Of a DNA stretch of 64,000 nucleotides, positions 13,771-24,933 are shown in pieces. Each line of letters opens with the position of its first letter. The first letter of the stretch is position 1. A model generated the notes under the pieces. The model saw only the letters and a list, made by a program, of their open reading frames with translations, had not been told where the DNA came from and ran no database searches. The stretch comes from Utricularia gibba. Its lineage: Eukaryota; Plantae; Magnoliophyta. Where the stretch lies: positions 5,828,001 through 5,892,000 of the forward strand of contig CM007989.1 of NCBI GenBank assembly GCA_002189035.1, written 5' to 3'. The translations under genes and the position numbers were made by a program.

Positions 13771-14292
13771 TGGAGTCGGAACCGATTTTTAGGTTACGGA
13801 GTTTGCCAGAAGTGTCAAATCCGAATGTGGGTTTTAAGCTTTGTTTGATGTGTTTAATGAAAATAAGGAAGGACAAAGGTTTTTTACGTAGAAACCGTCG
13901 GAGGACGAGAAAATCACGGAGCTATTGGAGGTCATTGGAAAATATCTTCACTAGAAGGGAGTAAAAAAAAAAACACAGGTCGGAGGGCTGAGAGCTGAAC
14001 TCTTTTCTCTTTAGAACTTCCTCTATTTATAGAAGAGGTCGATCTGATTGAATCATGAATTCTGTAGCGGCCGGCTGCTTCCCGTGCCTGTTGTACACAC
14101 TACGATCCTGCCCTTGGATAACTGCCGATAGCTCTGCTATTTCCGTAATTTGGCTACTTTTCAATCTATTCGAAATGACCGCTTTTGACAAACCCTGACA
14201 GTTATCGGTCTATCAGCCTGCGCTAGGGTGTCAGAACATCTTTTGGCCACTTTTTAGTAACCGATTAGCTAGGCCCGATTTAGACCCCATCA
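13749..14292 (-). repeat. 5' LTR of the Tat element
   Basis: Adjacent to the PBS at 13728-13744; paired with 7567-8089. Confidence 0.93.
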
Positions 14293-15990
14293 ATCTATAA
14301 TGGCATGAATTGAATCCTTATGTGAATAAGTGCGTATCCACAATATACATTCTTTGATATCCCACCCACAATTAATGGACTAGTTGAGAATTCAAATAAG
14401 AATATTCTTGATGGTTTGAAGAAACAATTAGAAGCCTTAAAAAGCAAATGAGTGGATTTCCTACCAAATTTGCTATGATGATATTGCACAACTCTGAGGA
14501 AGGCTACCCGAGAAACTCCTTTTATGTTAACCTAAAGGATTAAAGCATTGTTATCTATTGAAGTGCAACCAAAAAGTAATCAGATAGAGACGTATGATGA
14601 AATAGGTATAGAAATATGACTGCTTACTATAAAAAAAAGAGTGAAAATATGATATACACTTGAATCCTAGTATAACAATAAGAGTTTGAAAATACAACCA
14701 CAAAATCCACTTGAGTTTAATAGATAAGTGAAACCTAATGTTGAAAATATTTTGGCTTCTAGGAAGCTTGACAAGTTTAAAAGATCTTGGGAAGGCCACC
14801 ATCAAGTAATGGACATTGTTGCACCTAGAATTTCACTTCGAACTATGGAAGGTGAAGTCCCTAACCTATGTCCTAAAATATTGTGTACTTGAAAAGATTC
14901 TATACATGAATTTATTTGCTCCAATAAAGTTGAGAATAAGAATTTGAAAAAGCATAGCATAAAAGAGACAAGCCTACCTAAGAAGATATGAGAGATACTT
15001 TTAGATATTTTTATTATAAAGTAAGTATCATAGAATATAACCTTAAAAACACTAACAGTGATAAAGAAAGATGAAAAAACACTAAAATAATCAAAATTCC
15101 TTTTTAAGATTGGTTATAAGGTAAAAGAAGGAGATGGCACCATCGGCTATCATAGGGCTTGTAAAGTTAGAAGGGATGCAAATCGTTTAATAGTACAACC
15201 ATTTGCTTCTAGGAGATCACCATCTCTGTTTAACAATTTCTCACAATGATTCCATAGCCATCTTGTGGACCATCTCCACCACTCTAAGTAAAACCCAAGA
15301 TGTGTTCGGCAGCAAAATTATGAAAGGGTGTAGTCTATCGTTAGTACCCAAGATCAATTCTTCCCATTGCTCATTGAAAGGATCTAGTAAAAAGAGGTGA
15401 GTTATTTGTGCATTTGTAAGCTTAGTAGATGGCTCAGTGCCACAAAAAAAAAAAAAAAAAATCGCAATGTAGTGCCTATACTCTATTGTTTGAATAGTAG
15501 AGATCCACTCGGATTTGTTGGAGACAATTGAAGGGACTTTTAATTAATCCACCTTTTTTTCGAGATCCTCTTGTCTTCTCTAAGTGGGGGTGTGAGACTT
15601 TTATGGATGGAAAGCATTAATCACACCTCTTCATCAAGTGTGAACTCAAACACCTCATCAAGTGTGAAATTAATTTATAGATCAAAATCTGAGTGCCAAA
15701 CAGAGTCATCCAAGATTACCTACCATGCTACGTGTAGTTCAACATCTTTTGAGGCAAAGAAAGAACATTTTATGCCTATCTCTCCCTAATGAGAGAATAG
15801 TGAACTATGATTGGGCCACAAGCCATGGTAAGGCATCTATCTAATTCTTTCACATTAGAATAGTATCTAGAGTTCCATAAACATCTCGTAATGTTTTGAA
15901 AACCAAAGACTCGGACTTTGGATACCGAGGCACCATAAGATAAGTACCTTAGAAGGAACAGAGAATGCCATAAGGAAATGTGGGGATTAA
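14293..15990 (+). mobile_element. 3' half of the old Tat host element (integrase remnant, antisense-ORF remnant)
   Basis: Integrase remnant INGLVENSNKNILDGLKKQLEALKSK*VDFLPNLL**YCTTLRKATRETPF at ~14370-14530. Weak PF04195-like remnant on - at ~15780-15990. Confidence 0.7.
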
Positions 15991-17614
15991 AAAGCAAAGA
16001 ACGAAAATCCTCATAATTTAAAATTCAAATTTCTAGAAACCTAACAAGAGAGATATAGAGTTTGAAGAATTTGTGTGAAGGAGAATAGAGATGTTCTCAA
16101 TTTCCTCCATTTAAATGATGGGAAATAGAACGTGTCATAGTTTGGGAACCTGCAATTAGCCATAATCATAATGCCCCTGTTGCTCAAATAAAGATCTTAA
16201 AATATGTTATGAGTAAGAGACAAATATTTTAAAGTATATTTATTTTGAAAAAATTGATATATATGAGAAATATTTAGAATATAAATATTAAATAGAAAAA
16301 AGATATATTTAAATATATAGATATTTTAAATATCATATTTGGTTTGATATTTAAAAATAGTATACAAAATGTGTTAGATGATTATATCGTTTTAAATAAA
16401 TTATAATTGAAAATATACACTCTTTTTAAAATGCATATTGAATATAGGTTTACTCTAATAAATTGAGAGGAAGATTATGGGAGGAGAATTTTTTAAGAAT
16501 AAAAATGATCGAAAATAGAATATAAAAAATTATTATGATTAATCATCCTAATAATTATCTTATATTAATTGAAAGATTTAAATTTCAATTTTCCTTTCAT
16601 TTCCTTTCATTTTCCAAATTTTAACTATTTCGAATCTCAAATTTCTAATCTAGATTTTTTAAATTCATGAAGCGAACAGTGAAACATGATTTTATTAATA
16701 ATCATATTCCGCCAAATCCTATTTAACAAACACACGCCATATTTTGTTACGGGGAAAAATACGTTTTGATGCTAACATTTCAAAGATTGCTTATAATTAG
16801 ATGCACACATTTTTTAAAATAGTTTTGTGGTACAAACGTTTCAGTTTTTATTCAAATTTAATACAAACGTTTAAAAATATATCATTTTGGTACAAACATT
16901 AAATATTATATTATTTTTCAAATATCAACGTTTTTTAAAACATTGTTTAAATATATATGTTGTTTAAAAAAGTTAAAAAAACAATACAAATGTTTTTTCA
17001 CACATACTTTTTGATACATCCGTTTATTGTAAATTATGATTTTGAACAAAATATATTAAAAATAATTAATATATTATAATATATATTAAAAATTAATAAA
17101 AAAATATAATTTATGTGTATTTCAAATTTTCATGTTTTCTAACTCATTAATTTAATTTACTTCATTATGTGAATTTGATTATTATATTATATTCATATTT
17201 ATAAGTTTTTCAAAATTTACAACAATATTAGAAAACTTTTTCTAATAATTAAAAAATATCTAAATAATATATTAATATTATAAGTAATATAATTGTAAAT
17301 ATCTATTCCAACATTTAATAATTTAAATCCATCATAATAAACTTAGTGCATTTTAAGTTGATTAATCACTTTTTTATAAAATGAGACATGACATTAATTA
17401 AATATTCCTATTGATTTGGATAGAATGAAAACTAAATATTAGATAATTAAATATTTTTTGGAATCATCGAAATGTTTAAATATCATGTTATCCATCAAAG
17501 TAAACTAAATGATAAGCATGCCAATCAAAAGAAACAACGATATAGCTATTAAAGTTTGGGAATCACCTACATCAAACTAACCAGTTCATCCCTACATGCT
17601 ATACGTATTTGATT

Positions 17615-18646
17615 TCAGTGGAATCGCCGACGTCCACCCATCATCACATTTGGCAATCCACATGTTGGAGCAAAATGTAATACATCATAACTCGTATACC
17701 AACTTCTTGTAAGCTACAAAATGATCAAAGTTAATAGTATTCCACTTATTGTATTTAACAATTTTGAATGGTTAGAGACTTACAAATGATGGATACTCAG
17801 AAGGAAAGAAAACTGGTGGTGCATTCTGTATGAGGAGCCTCACCGAATATAAAGCATATAACCCACATTCAGTTGGTCCAGTTTGTAATGGAACCTATAA
17901 AAAGAATAACTTTAAAAATCAATTTGCTATATGTGTTTGTACTATGCTATTTATTGAGGTTGCATTGTATGTACCTCAGGAAAGCGAATAGGCACAGAAT
18001 CCAACTTATTAACATTGAAAGAAGGTGCCGCATACCCTAGCATGTATTTCAGACACCTACACAAGTAAAGTAGTGATTTAGTCATAGCTAATTTATTGAT
18101 TAATGTAGTATAATAATTTCTAGTACCTATACAAATCTTCTTCCGCTGGACATAATGCATCTCCTGCACCCAAAGAATCTAAGACAAGGATCATTCTATT
18201 GCGAGCATCTCCAAAGTTACAGCATACCGTCACCACCCAATGACCTCTAGTTATAGAACATAACAGGTTAAACACATTGTATATAATATTCAAATATTAA
18301 GCAAAGTGTAGCTTACCGATAAACAATAGGCCACACCACGTATGGGCAAGTAAGGAAGGCTGGTCGATGAAGAAATATTCTACGAACTCTCTCCTCATTA
18401 CCAATCCTCAAAGTCTTCTCTTGTTTCACTTGTGGACTCTGATTTCAACAAACTAAACACATGAGCTCAAGGATGAAACAATGATTAAAAAAATCATACC
18501 TTTTCGTCTTTGTTTGGCATGTCTGTGTTTACCTTGGAAGTAGCTGAATTTTGGGGTTGATCAGAGGTGACCTTTGGCTCTGTTCCTGTGGATGGTTCTT
18601 GTGTTCCTTGTTCATTTTCTTCATTTTTTCCATAATCTTCCTTTTC
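17615..18646 (-). CDS. MULE-borne SUMO protease (peptidase C48, FUG1-like) module, six stop-free exons
   Basis: Exons 18646-18500, 18438-18317, 18246-18127, 18056-17975, 17894-17784, 17713-17615 (681 nt; all GT-AG; introns 61-80 nt; phases match). Translation includes YVVWPIVYRGHWVVTVCCNFGD, MILVLDSL and VPLQTGPTECGLYALY, i.e. the His/Asp/Cys triad with the oxyanion Gln. Confidence 0.85.
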
Positions 18647-18729
18647 CTATAATAAGGAAACAATAGATCTTGATAACAAATAATATCACACCATATGAAA
18701 CAAACCTATGATCCAATATAGCAGACTAC

Positions 18730-21153
18730 CTTTTTTTTTGGAGTTCAGCTCACATGTCCGTGCATTGTGCCCTATGTATTCACATGCACGAAAAAATTGT
18801 AATTGTCTTGTTTCAGCTTTCTTCTGTTTTTTATGAGGTGATTGTTTTTCATAAGGTGGCCTTTTTCAATGCTTCTTGGGTCTACCACGAGGTGTCGTAT
18901 GAAATATCGGAGGTAGTATGTTGCTCTTGTCCAACATTGGTCATTCCTTACTATCTGGCATACCTACCAAACAAAAGTTGAAAAAGTGAAGACAATAATT
19001 AACAACAAAAACTTTTTTCATGTTCATTACCATGAATTGAGTGAGCGTATGTTTCCCTAAAGTGCGTGTCGTTATACCAATCATGTATGTAATCCCTCGG
19101 ATTATCACGCTTGGTTCGTATAACTCGCACCGCATGTTTGCATGGTATACCTGCAGTTTATCAAGTAAGAAAGCAAACATAATTTGTGACTAAACATAAT
19201 CACTTACCAGTTAGTTGCCACATCCGACAAGAACACGTGGAGTCCCGGAGGTTAACACAGTAACAATGCAATCCCTTGACCCATTCCCAATGCCATTCAT
19301 CCGTAGATCTGATCTTCACACCAGCCTCTGGTGTGGAGTTGTTCTCTATAGTTTGCATGGATGATGGGGAGTACCTATATTTCCATTTGGATGCTTCTAC
19401 ACGTCGTTTGTTAAATCGGTCGGCAATGGTCCATCTGATCTCTTCTAGCATCCGTAGTATCGATAATCGCCGTGTATCAAGTAAGGAGGCATTCCAAGAC
19501 TCCGAAATGTTATTTGTTAAAGCTTCACATTTGGCATCCTCAGTGAAGTATGCATACGTCCACCTAGCTGGATTTATTTTACTCAGCCTACTGTATGCAT
19601 TGCTGTTCAACCGACCAAGAGCATCCATTTCCATTCTCCAAGTAGCTGGCGTGGATGATGTTGCACACTTCCAAACTTGAGTCTTGACAACATCTGAATG
19701 TGCACCTACATTCTCTTGTAGATGTCTAACACAATGCCACAACTACATAAATCACCATACACTTTAAATCAGTTAAATATCACATATGTTTAATTAACCA
19801 TACATAGAAAATAAAGTCTTACATGTATTAAAGGTAGTACAATATGCATGGAAGGCTTTAGCCCCGAGCCCCTATCTGCCATAAATGTGAACTTGTGCAT
19901 ATTATCCTCTGTAATACCCAAATCAACTTTAAGAAGGCTTAAAAACCACATCCATGTGTCCTCACTCTCAGTATCCACAACTGCGTATGCTAGTGGTAAA
20001 ATGTGTTGATCAGCATCAAATGTGCATGCACTCAAAATTTGACCACCCCCTCTACCTTTAACATGACAACCATCAACACCAACAAATGGTCGACAATACC
20101 TCCAACCCGTTTTACAGGCATCCAAACAAATGTAGAGTTTTTCAAAACGTCGATAAGTGTTGCTGATGTCTGGAGGTGAGAGGACTAGGTCAATAGTAGT
20201 TCCAGGATTGGATGAAACTAACTGTGCACAATACCGACCAATCATCGAATACTCCGTTGCTAGCTTTCCATCACTATCTCCCAATACCTTCTTCCGTGCC
20301 ACATGTGCTTGCATAGGATTCACCCACATGGATGTTGTTAAGTTGATGTGATGCCTAAAATCACGTGTGGTGATGTCTGGCTCACCTAATAACTTATCCT
20401 CAAAGTGTCTCACTAGATGCTTGGGTTTTAAAGACTTATTTTCAGTCAACTCACTGTCACATGAACTACAGTGCTCACTATGATACTTAGATACTTGCCA
20501 ATCTCGATCTGGACGAGGACCTGAGATGGTTACACCCCAACTACACCTTTCGTCCTGACCCCCTTCACACACAATACAGATGTATCTGTTGTCATTCCTC
20601 TTAAATTTCCACTGAATTCATTCCTGAATACAATAAGCAACGATGGCATCCCGTGCTGCTATTTTGCTATCAAATAATATTCCTTCCCTACATCGTAATA
20701 AAAAGACTTTTATGAATAATAAATAGAAACTTCAGATAAATACACATAGGAACCAACTCATACGCATTATAAGTAAAATTCATAATAATTATAAACATAA
20801 CATATACCAATCACATCTAGAAATTAGATGCAAAGAATTATTAATACTCAAAGAAATAATTAGAGATTAACCCCTAACTATTATTAATGTAAAAAATAGT
20901 ATAAGATTTACCTAAGATTTAATCCTTTCCATCCTTTTTTTGAGTTATAATATACCATTTCTTCATCTTCATGATCATATAACTCAATGTCTTGAGTGGT
21001 AGCCTCATGTGCTTGAAGCATGCATTCTTCCTTCCACTCAATTTTAGACATCGGTTCAACATTGAACGAGCACGGAGGTTGCAACCCACTAGATTCATAT
21101 TGAAACTCCTCCTCCGAATAAATGTATGATTCCGTAGTATCCGAATCACTCAT
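18730..21153 (-). pseudogene. MuDRA-type transposase (MuDR, MULE DDE, SWIM, C-terminal zinc knuckle), three nonsense codons
   Basis: Exons 21153-20912, 20687-19823, 19742-19208, 19150-19031, 18963-18730. Motifs CRPFVGVDGCHVKG, LPLAYAVVDTES, FMADRGSGL, HCVRH, CSCRMWQLTGIPCKHA, GRPKK, CEYIGHNARTC. In-frame TGA at 20618-20620, 18941-18943 and 18866-18868. Confidence 0.92.
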
Positions 21154-22304
21154 GGTTAGAACCTGTGGCACCAAAACAATTGAAAAGCTATAACAAATTA
21201 AATCGATATGATTCTACATCTGTCTAATAAACTTACGATTAAAGAAGAATGATATAAGATGATGAATCTAAAATTACCATCAATAAAACCCAGAATCTGA
21301 GAACACCGACTCAAAGTCAAGAGAGCGATGGGCTACTAAATAAGGACGATCGTGATGGATCAAGAGGACGACGGGTCAACAATCAGGGTGGCTTGTGATG
21401 GATCGTGATGGCTAACAAAAATCAGAGGATTTCATCATGGTGACTAGCAATAACTGAACCCTAATTATATTACATTTCTCAATTTGGGAATGGGTCAGCT
21501 AAATATATGTATTGAAATAAAAGCCCATTAGTAAACATTTGTTCTCATAATATAGGTGTTAAAAGGTGTGTTTTTATTTAAAAGATAAATTAAAAACATA
21601 TGTATCAAAAAAATTTCAAAAAAACGTTGGTATTGAAGATATATTATTTTTCAAAACATTAGTTTCAAAATAAAAATTTTAAAAACGTTTGTATGTAAAA
21701 TCTATAAAATTAGACAACGTATGTATCAAAAATCATATTATACAAACGTTAGTATAGAATTGTATGTTTTTTTCAAACATTTGTATTGAAATAAAACGTA
21801 GCCCTTTTGTCACTGTGAAACGTACAATTCAAATTGTTGCGTTTTTCCGCCGTTGAATTCCGGGTGCTCATATCTGCAGCGCTATTGAACCTTCGGTAAC
21901 TTTGCTCTTCTCATTTGCATCGTATCGGGTTGTAGACGCACTGTTCTACGCAACTTTTCGTAACCTAGATAGTTGAATCACCGTTTGATTTTCAATTCAT
22001 TTGGGATATTGGGATTTTGGTGAATGAGTGCAACGGAAATTCATTCATTGCGACAGACCTGAAGCTCAATGATGGCTGCCATTACTTTTGCTGACTGATT
22101 TTTCTTTATCAAAGGCGATTCTGTGGTCACCTCCATAGAATCTAGGCTATTTGCTTTCACGGGACAGAGTGGTTATAGAAACTGTATAACTCTGTTTTTC
22201 TGGTGATTTCTTGCAACAGTAGGGTTTTCTTAATGGGGATTGAATTTGATTCTAGTTAATGATATTGGATTTGATATAATGCGTGTGACTTATGTTTCAG
22301 GACG

Positions 22305-23677
22305 ATGTATGGGAGGAAAGCAAGCGAGCTTGTGAGAGACTTTTCCACTCGTGAACCTGGACAGATAAGCAGTTTCAATGTAAGCTAAACTTGGTTAGAT
22401 TCTGCTTTAGCTCAGGATCATGACAGTGTTTGTGAATCGGATGAGTTTGAATTGAGGTGAGGGGTGAGATTATGCTTGAAAGGCTGCTGGATACATTGAT
22501 TTGCATGACATGTGGTTATGAATGTTAATTTTTTGGAACAGTAAGTCAAGAATTCTTTTTTCAGGCCGTTTTTTATATGCTGGTATATTTAATTGAATAG
22601 TCTCTGGTTGGGAATCCTAAAAGTGAATTATTTGTTCTTATGGCTTCTTGGTTATTCTCTGATGTCCTTCGAACGTATACCAAGAATGACCTGTTCACTC
22701 AAGTTCTAGAAGAATGCGATGGGCATCTCCTTCACCTTCAGCCTCTAATAAGGTTTTTCTTTTTCCGTTCACATTCACCTTAATTACCTTTAACGTATTT
22801 GAATTCAAGTGATTAATTTTAATGGTCCTCCAGAAAAATCCAGGAGCAAGAAAACAAACTGAAAGATGTAATGAGTTCAGAAGATGGAAGTGAAATTTCA
22901 GAGGATGAAAGGTTGAAAACAGAGGAAGCGAAGGCAAGTTTGCGGACAGCTTTGAAATCTGACCAGTTTGGAGCACTTGTCCATCACCTGTCACTAGTTC
23001 GCAACAAGCGCAGCCTCATGGCTTATGTGTGCGTACTCTCGATATTTATTTTTTCATTTAATTTCTGCTCAATTTTCTACGGCAAACATATTCTCATTTT
23101 GTATTCTGAAATGTAGTTATAATAGAGCAGAGATGATCAGAACTTTGGGATGGATGGTTGATAGAGTCCTGCCAAGAGATATTCAAGACAAACTAAGTAC
23201 TGATGAGAAGGAATATTTCAAGAAGCATGTTGCAACTCTGCAGTCATATATGGCAGAGCTTGATCTACTTTTGACTGTGGTTTGTATGAAGCTACTACTA
23301 TCTTGGTTCATCTGAGGATAATGGGTTACATTTTTTTGCTTATTAAACGTGATTATATGAGTCATGTAGTTGATTACAAGTGAGTTTTTTTTTTTTTTTT
23401 TGTGTTGTTATTTAGGACATGATTCCACCAAAGGATCCTTTTGTAAAGGTTCGAGTAGTTGATGACATCGGGCAGGTTGCTCTGAGTGATCAGGTCGCCA
23501 ACTTATCCAAACATGCTATAATGTTCCTGAGGCGAATCGATGTAGAACAATACATCACTCTGGTATTTCTTCTTGGTCTACTCGATGAACGAACATCCAA
23601 TTTCTCTACACATTTCTTTCTCATTTCCTTTGTGTTCTTTTGATAATCAGGGCCAAATGGAAGAGCTCCCCAGCTGA
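22305..23677 (+). CDS. PSF1: DNA replication GINS complex subunit PSF1, 224 aa
   Basis: Exons 22305-22379, 22685-22752, 22834-23028, 23117-23279, 23416-23562, 23651-23677 (675 nt). MYGRKASELVRDF, GALVHHLSLVRNKRSLMAYVYNRAE, DMIPPKDPFVKVRV, GQMEEL. A 5'UTR intron donor lies at 21896. Confidence 0.93.
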
Positions 23678-24149
23678 AGGATTGGCTGTCTCTTACTCTG
23701 TTGTGTTGTATATGCTTTCATGGTGATTGTAGAGACTACTCTGAAAAGTGCACATTTTATTATTTGACAAGTACCTCGAGTGACTCAAAATGCGATGGAT
23801 GTTTTTCCGTGGTGTTTGATTGGATCGGAATTTTATAAGTGCATAAAAAATAATCAAAGTAATAAAAAATAATGTTTTATAGAAAATTATTTATTTTATA
23901 CAAAAAATAAAATAAACCATCAAAAGAAAAAAAGTTTAAAAGTTAGATTGATGAGATGAAGATTAGGAGGTGCTTAGTGAAAAACAATGGTTTAGATCTA
24001 TATGTACAAGTAAAGTTCTAGGGATTTCCCCTTTCACTTCTTTTCAAATTCTGAGATTTTTTGGGAAAAACTCTTACACTTTTGTGTTCTCTTAACTCAT
24101 CCATCATCATCTCTCAGTATTCATTTAAGGTACTTTCCAGTTCTTCATT

Positions 24150-24420
24150 TTCTCAATGTCTCTTTCATGTAAAGACTATAAGAACATTAACCTAACCGAG
24201 CCCTTGAGACCTTCAAGAGGTCGGCTAGTATCGAATTATGAAAAGGTTGCATTGGGTGCCTGTCGAGCGACCATCTCTAAAAAGGTTGTGGTGTCCCCCA
24301 CAACTTTTTTATTGCTATCTATGGTCGCCACCCTCACATTTTCACGGTTTTGGAAGCCTATCTTATTCCAGCCATTGGCAGAACATTCCCCATTCCTTGG
24401 ATCATGTCTTAGGTCTCTAT
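24150..24420 (+). mobile_element. Orphan remnant of a Tat-type antisense ORF
   Basis: Frame reading HPHIFTVLEAYLIPA...PW resembles the PF04195 core (LRFPLHP...Y.I.P.QL.PNSW). Highly decayed. Confidence 0.4.
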
Positions 24421-24933
24421 GACTCCATATAAGATGCATATCAAGGGGTTCAAACCGGTTTCTACCTATGTTGCCCGAAGCCGATAATGCTCCTTGACCA
24501 AACAAGCCAATACTTGGGGCTTATGGGAAATGTTGGTTCTAGTGCTTCCTCAGCGAGGGCATTGTGCACCTTCCACATGCTCATCGGCAATTTATTTAAA
24601 AACTTGGGTGAACCATTTCGCTACCTTGTCACAGTAGCACATAGTTCTTAACTTGTAAAGGCTTTCCATTTTAAAATGACCACATTAATCAACTCATCTT
24701 TGGATATTTTTCACAATAAAAATGGTGATCTAGGTGGTGCCACTTGCCAATGAGATATCGTGGCAAGTGAAAGGGTTAAATCCATAAAATATTAGTTATC
24801 ATAATCAACATGGCACTAACGATCATCGCTATTGTGCCATGCCAATGAATGAACAAGTAAAATTTCTCTAACTGCACATAGAACCTTTAAGATTAGTGAT
24901 GTTCCATGAACTTGGAAACATTTCCCCCTTTAA

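Larger units (their letters stand above)
7567..14292 (-). mobile_element. Tat (Retand-like) Ty3/gypsy LTR retrotransposon, 6726 bp, internally deleted, 5-bp TSD ATCTA
   Basis: Paired LTRs 7567-8089 and 13749-14292, both TG...CA. ATCTA at 7562-7566 and 14293-14297. Minus-strand PBS TGGCGCCTACCATGGGG (13728-13744; tRNA-Lys type, 2 mismatches). gag, protease, partial RT and RNase H on -, extra ORF on +. Confidence 0.95.
16751..21804 (-). mobile_element. Mutator-like element (MULE), 5054 bp, degenerate long TIRs, 9-bp TSD
   Basis: TTTTGTTAC (16742-16750) versus TTTTGTCAC (21805-21813), 8/9 match. Ends GGGGAAAAATACGTTTT and reverse-complement GGGCTACGTTTT. Inverted subterminal TACAAACGTTT-type repeats at both ends. 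MuDRA-type transposase inside. Confidence 0.88.

Noticed and set aside
21814-21895. E2F site in the residual PSF1 promoter
   Set aside because: TTTTCCGCC does not fit the WTTSSCSS consensus.
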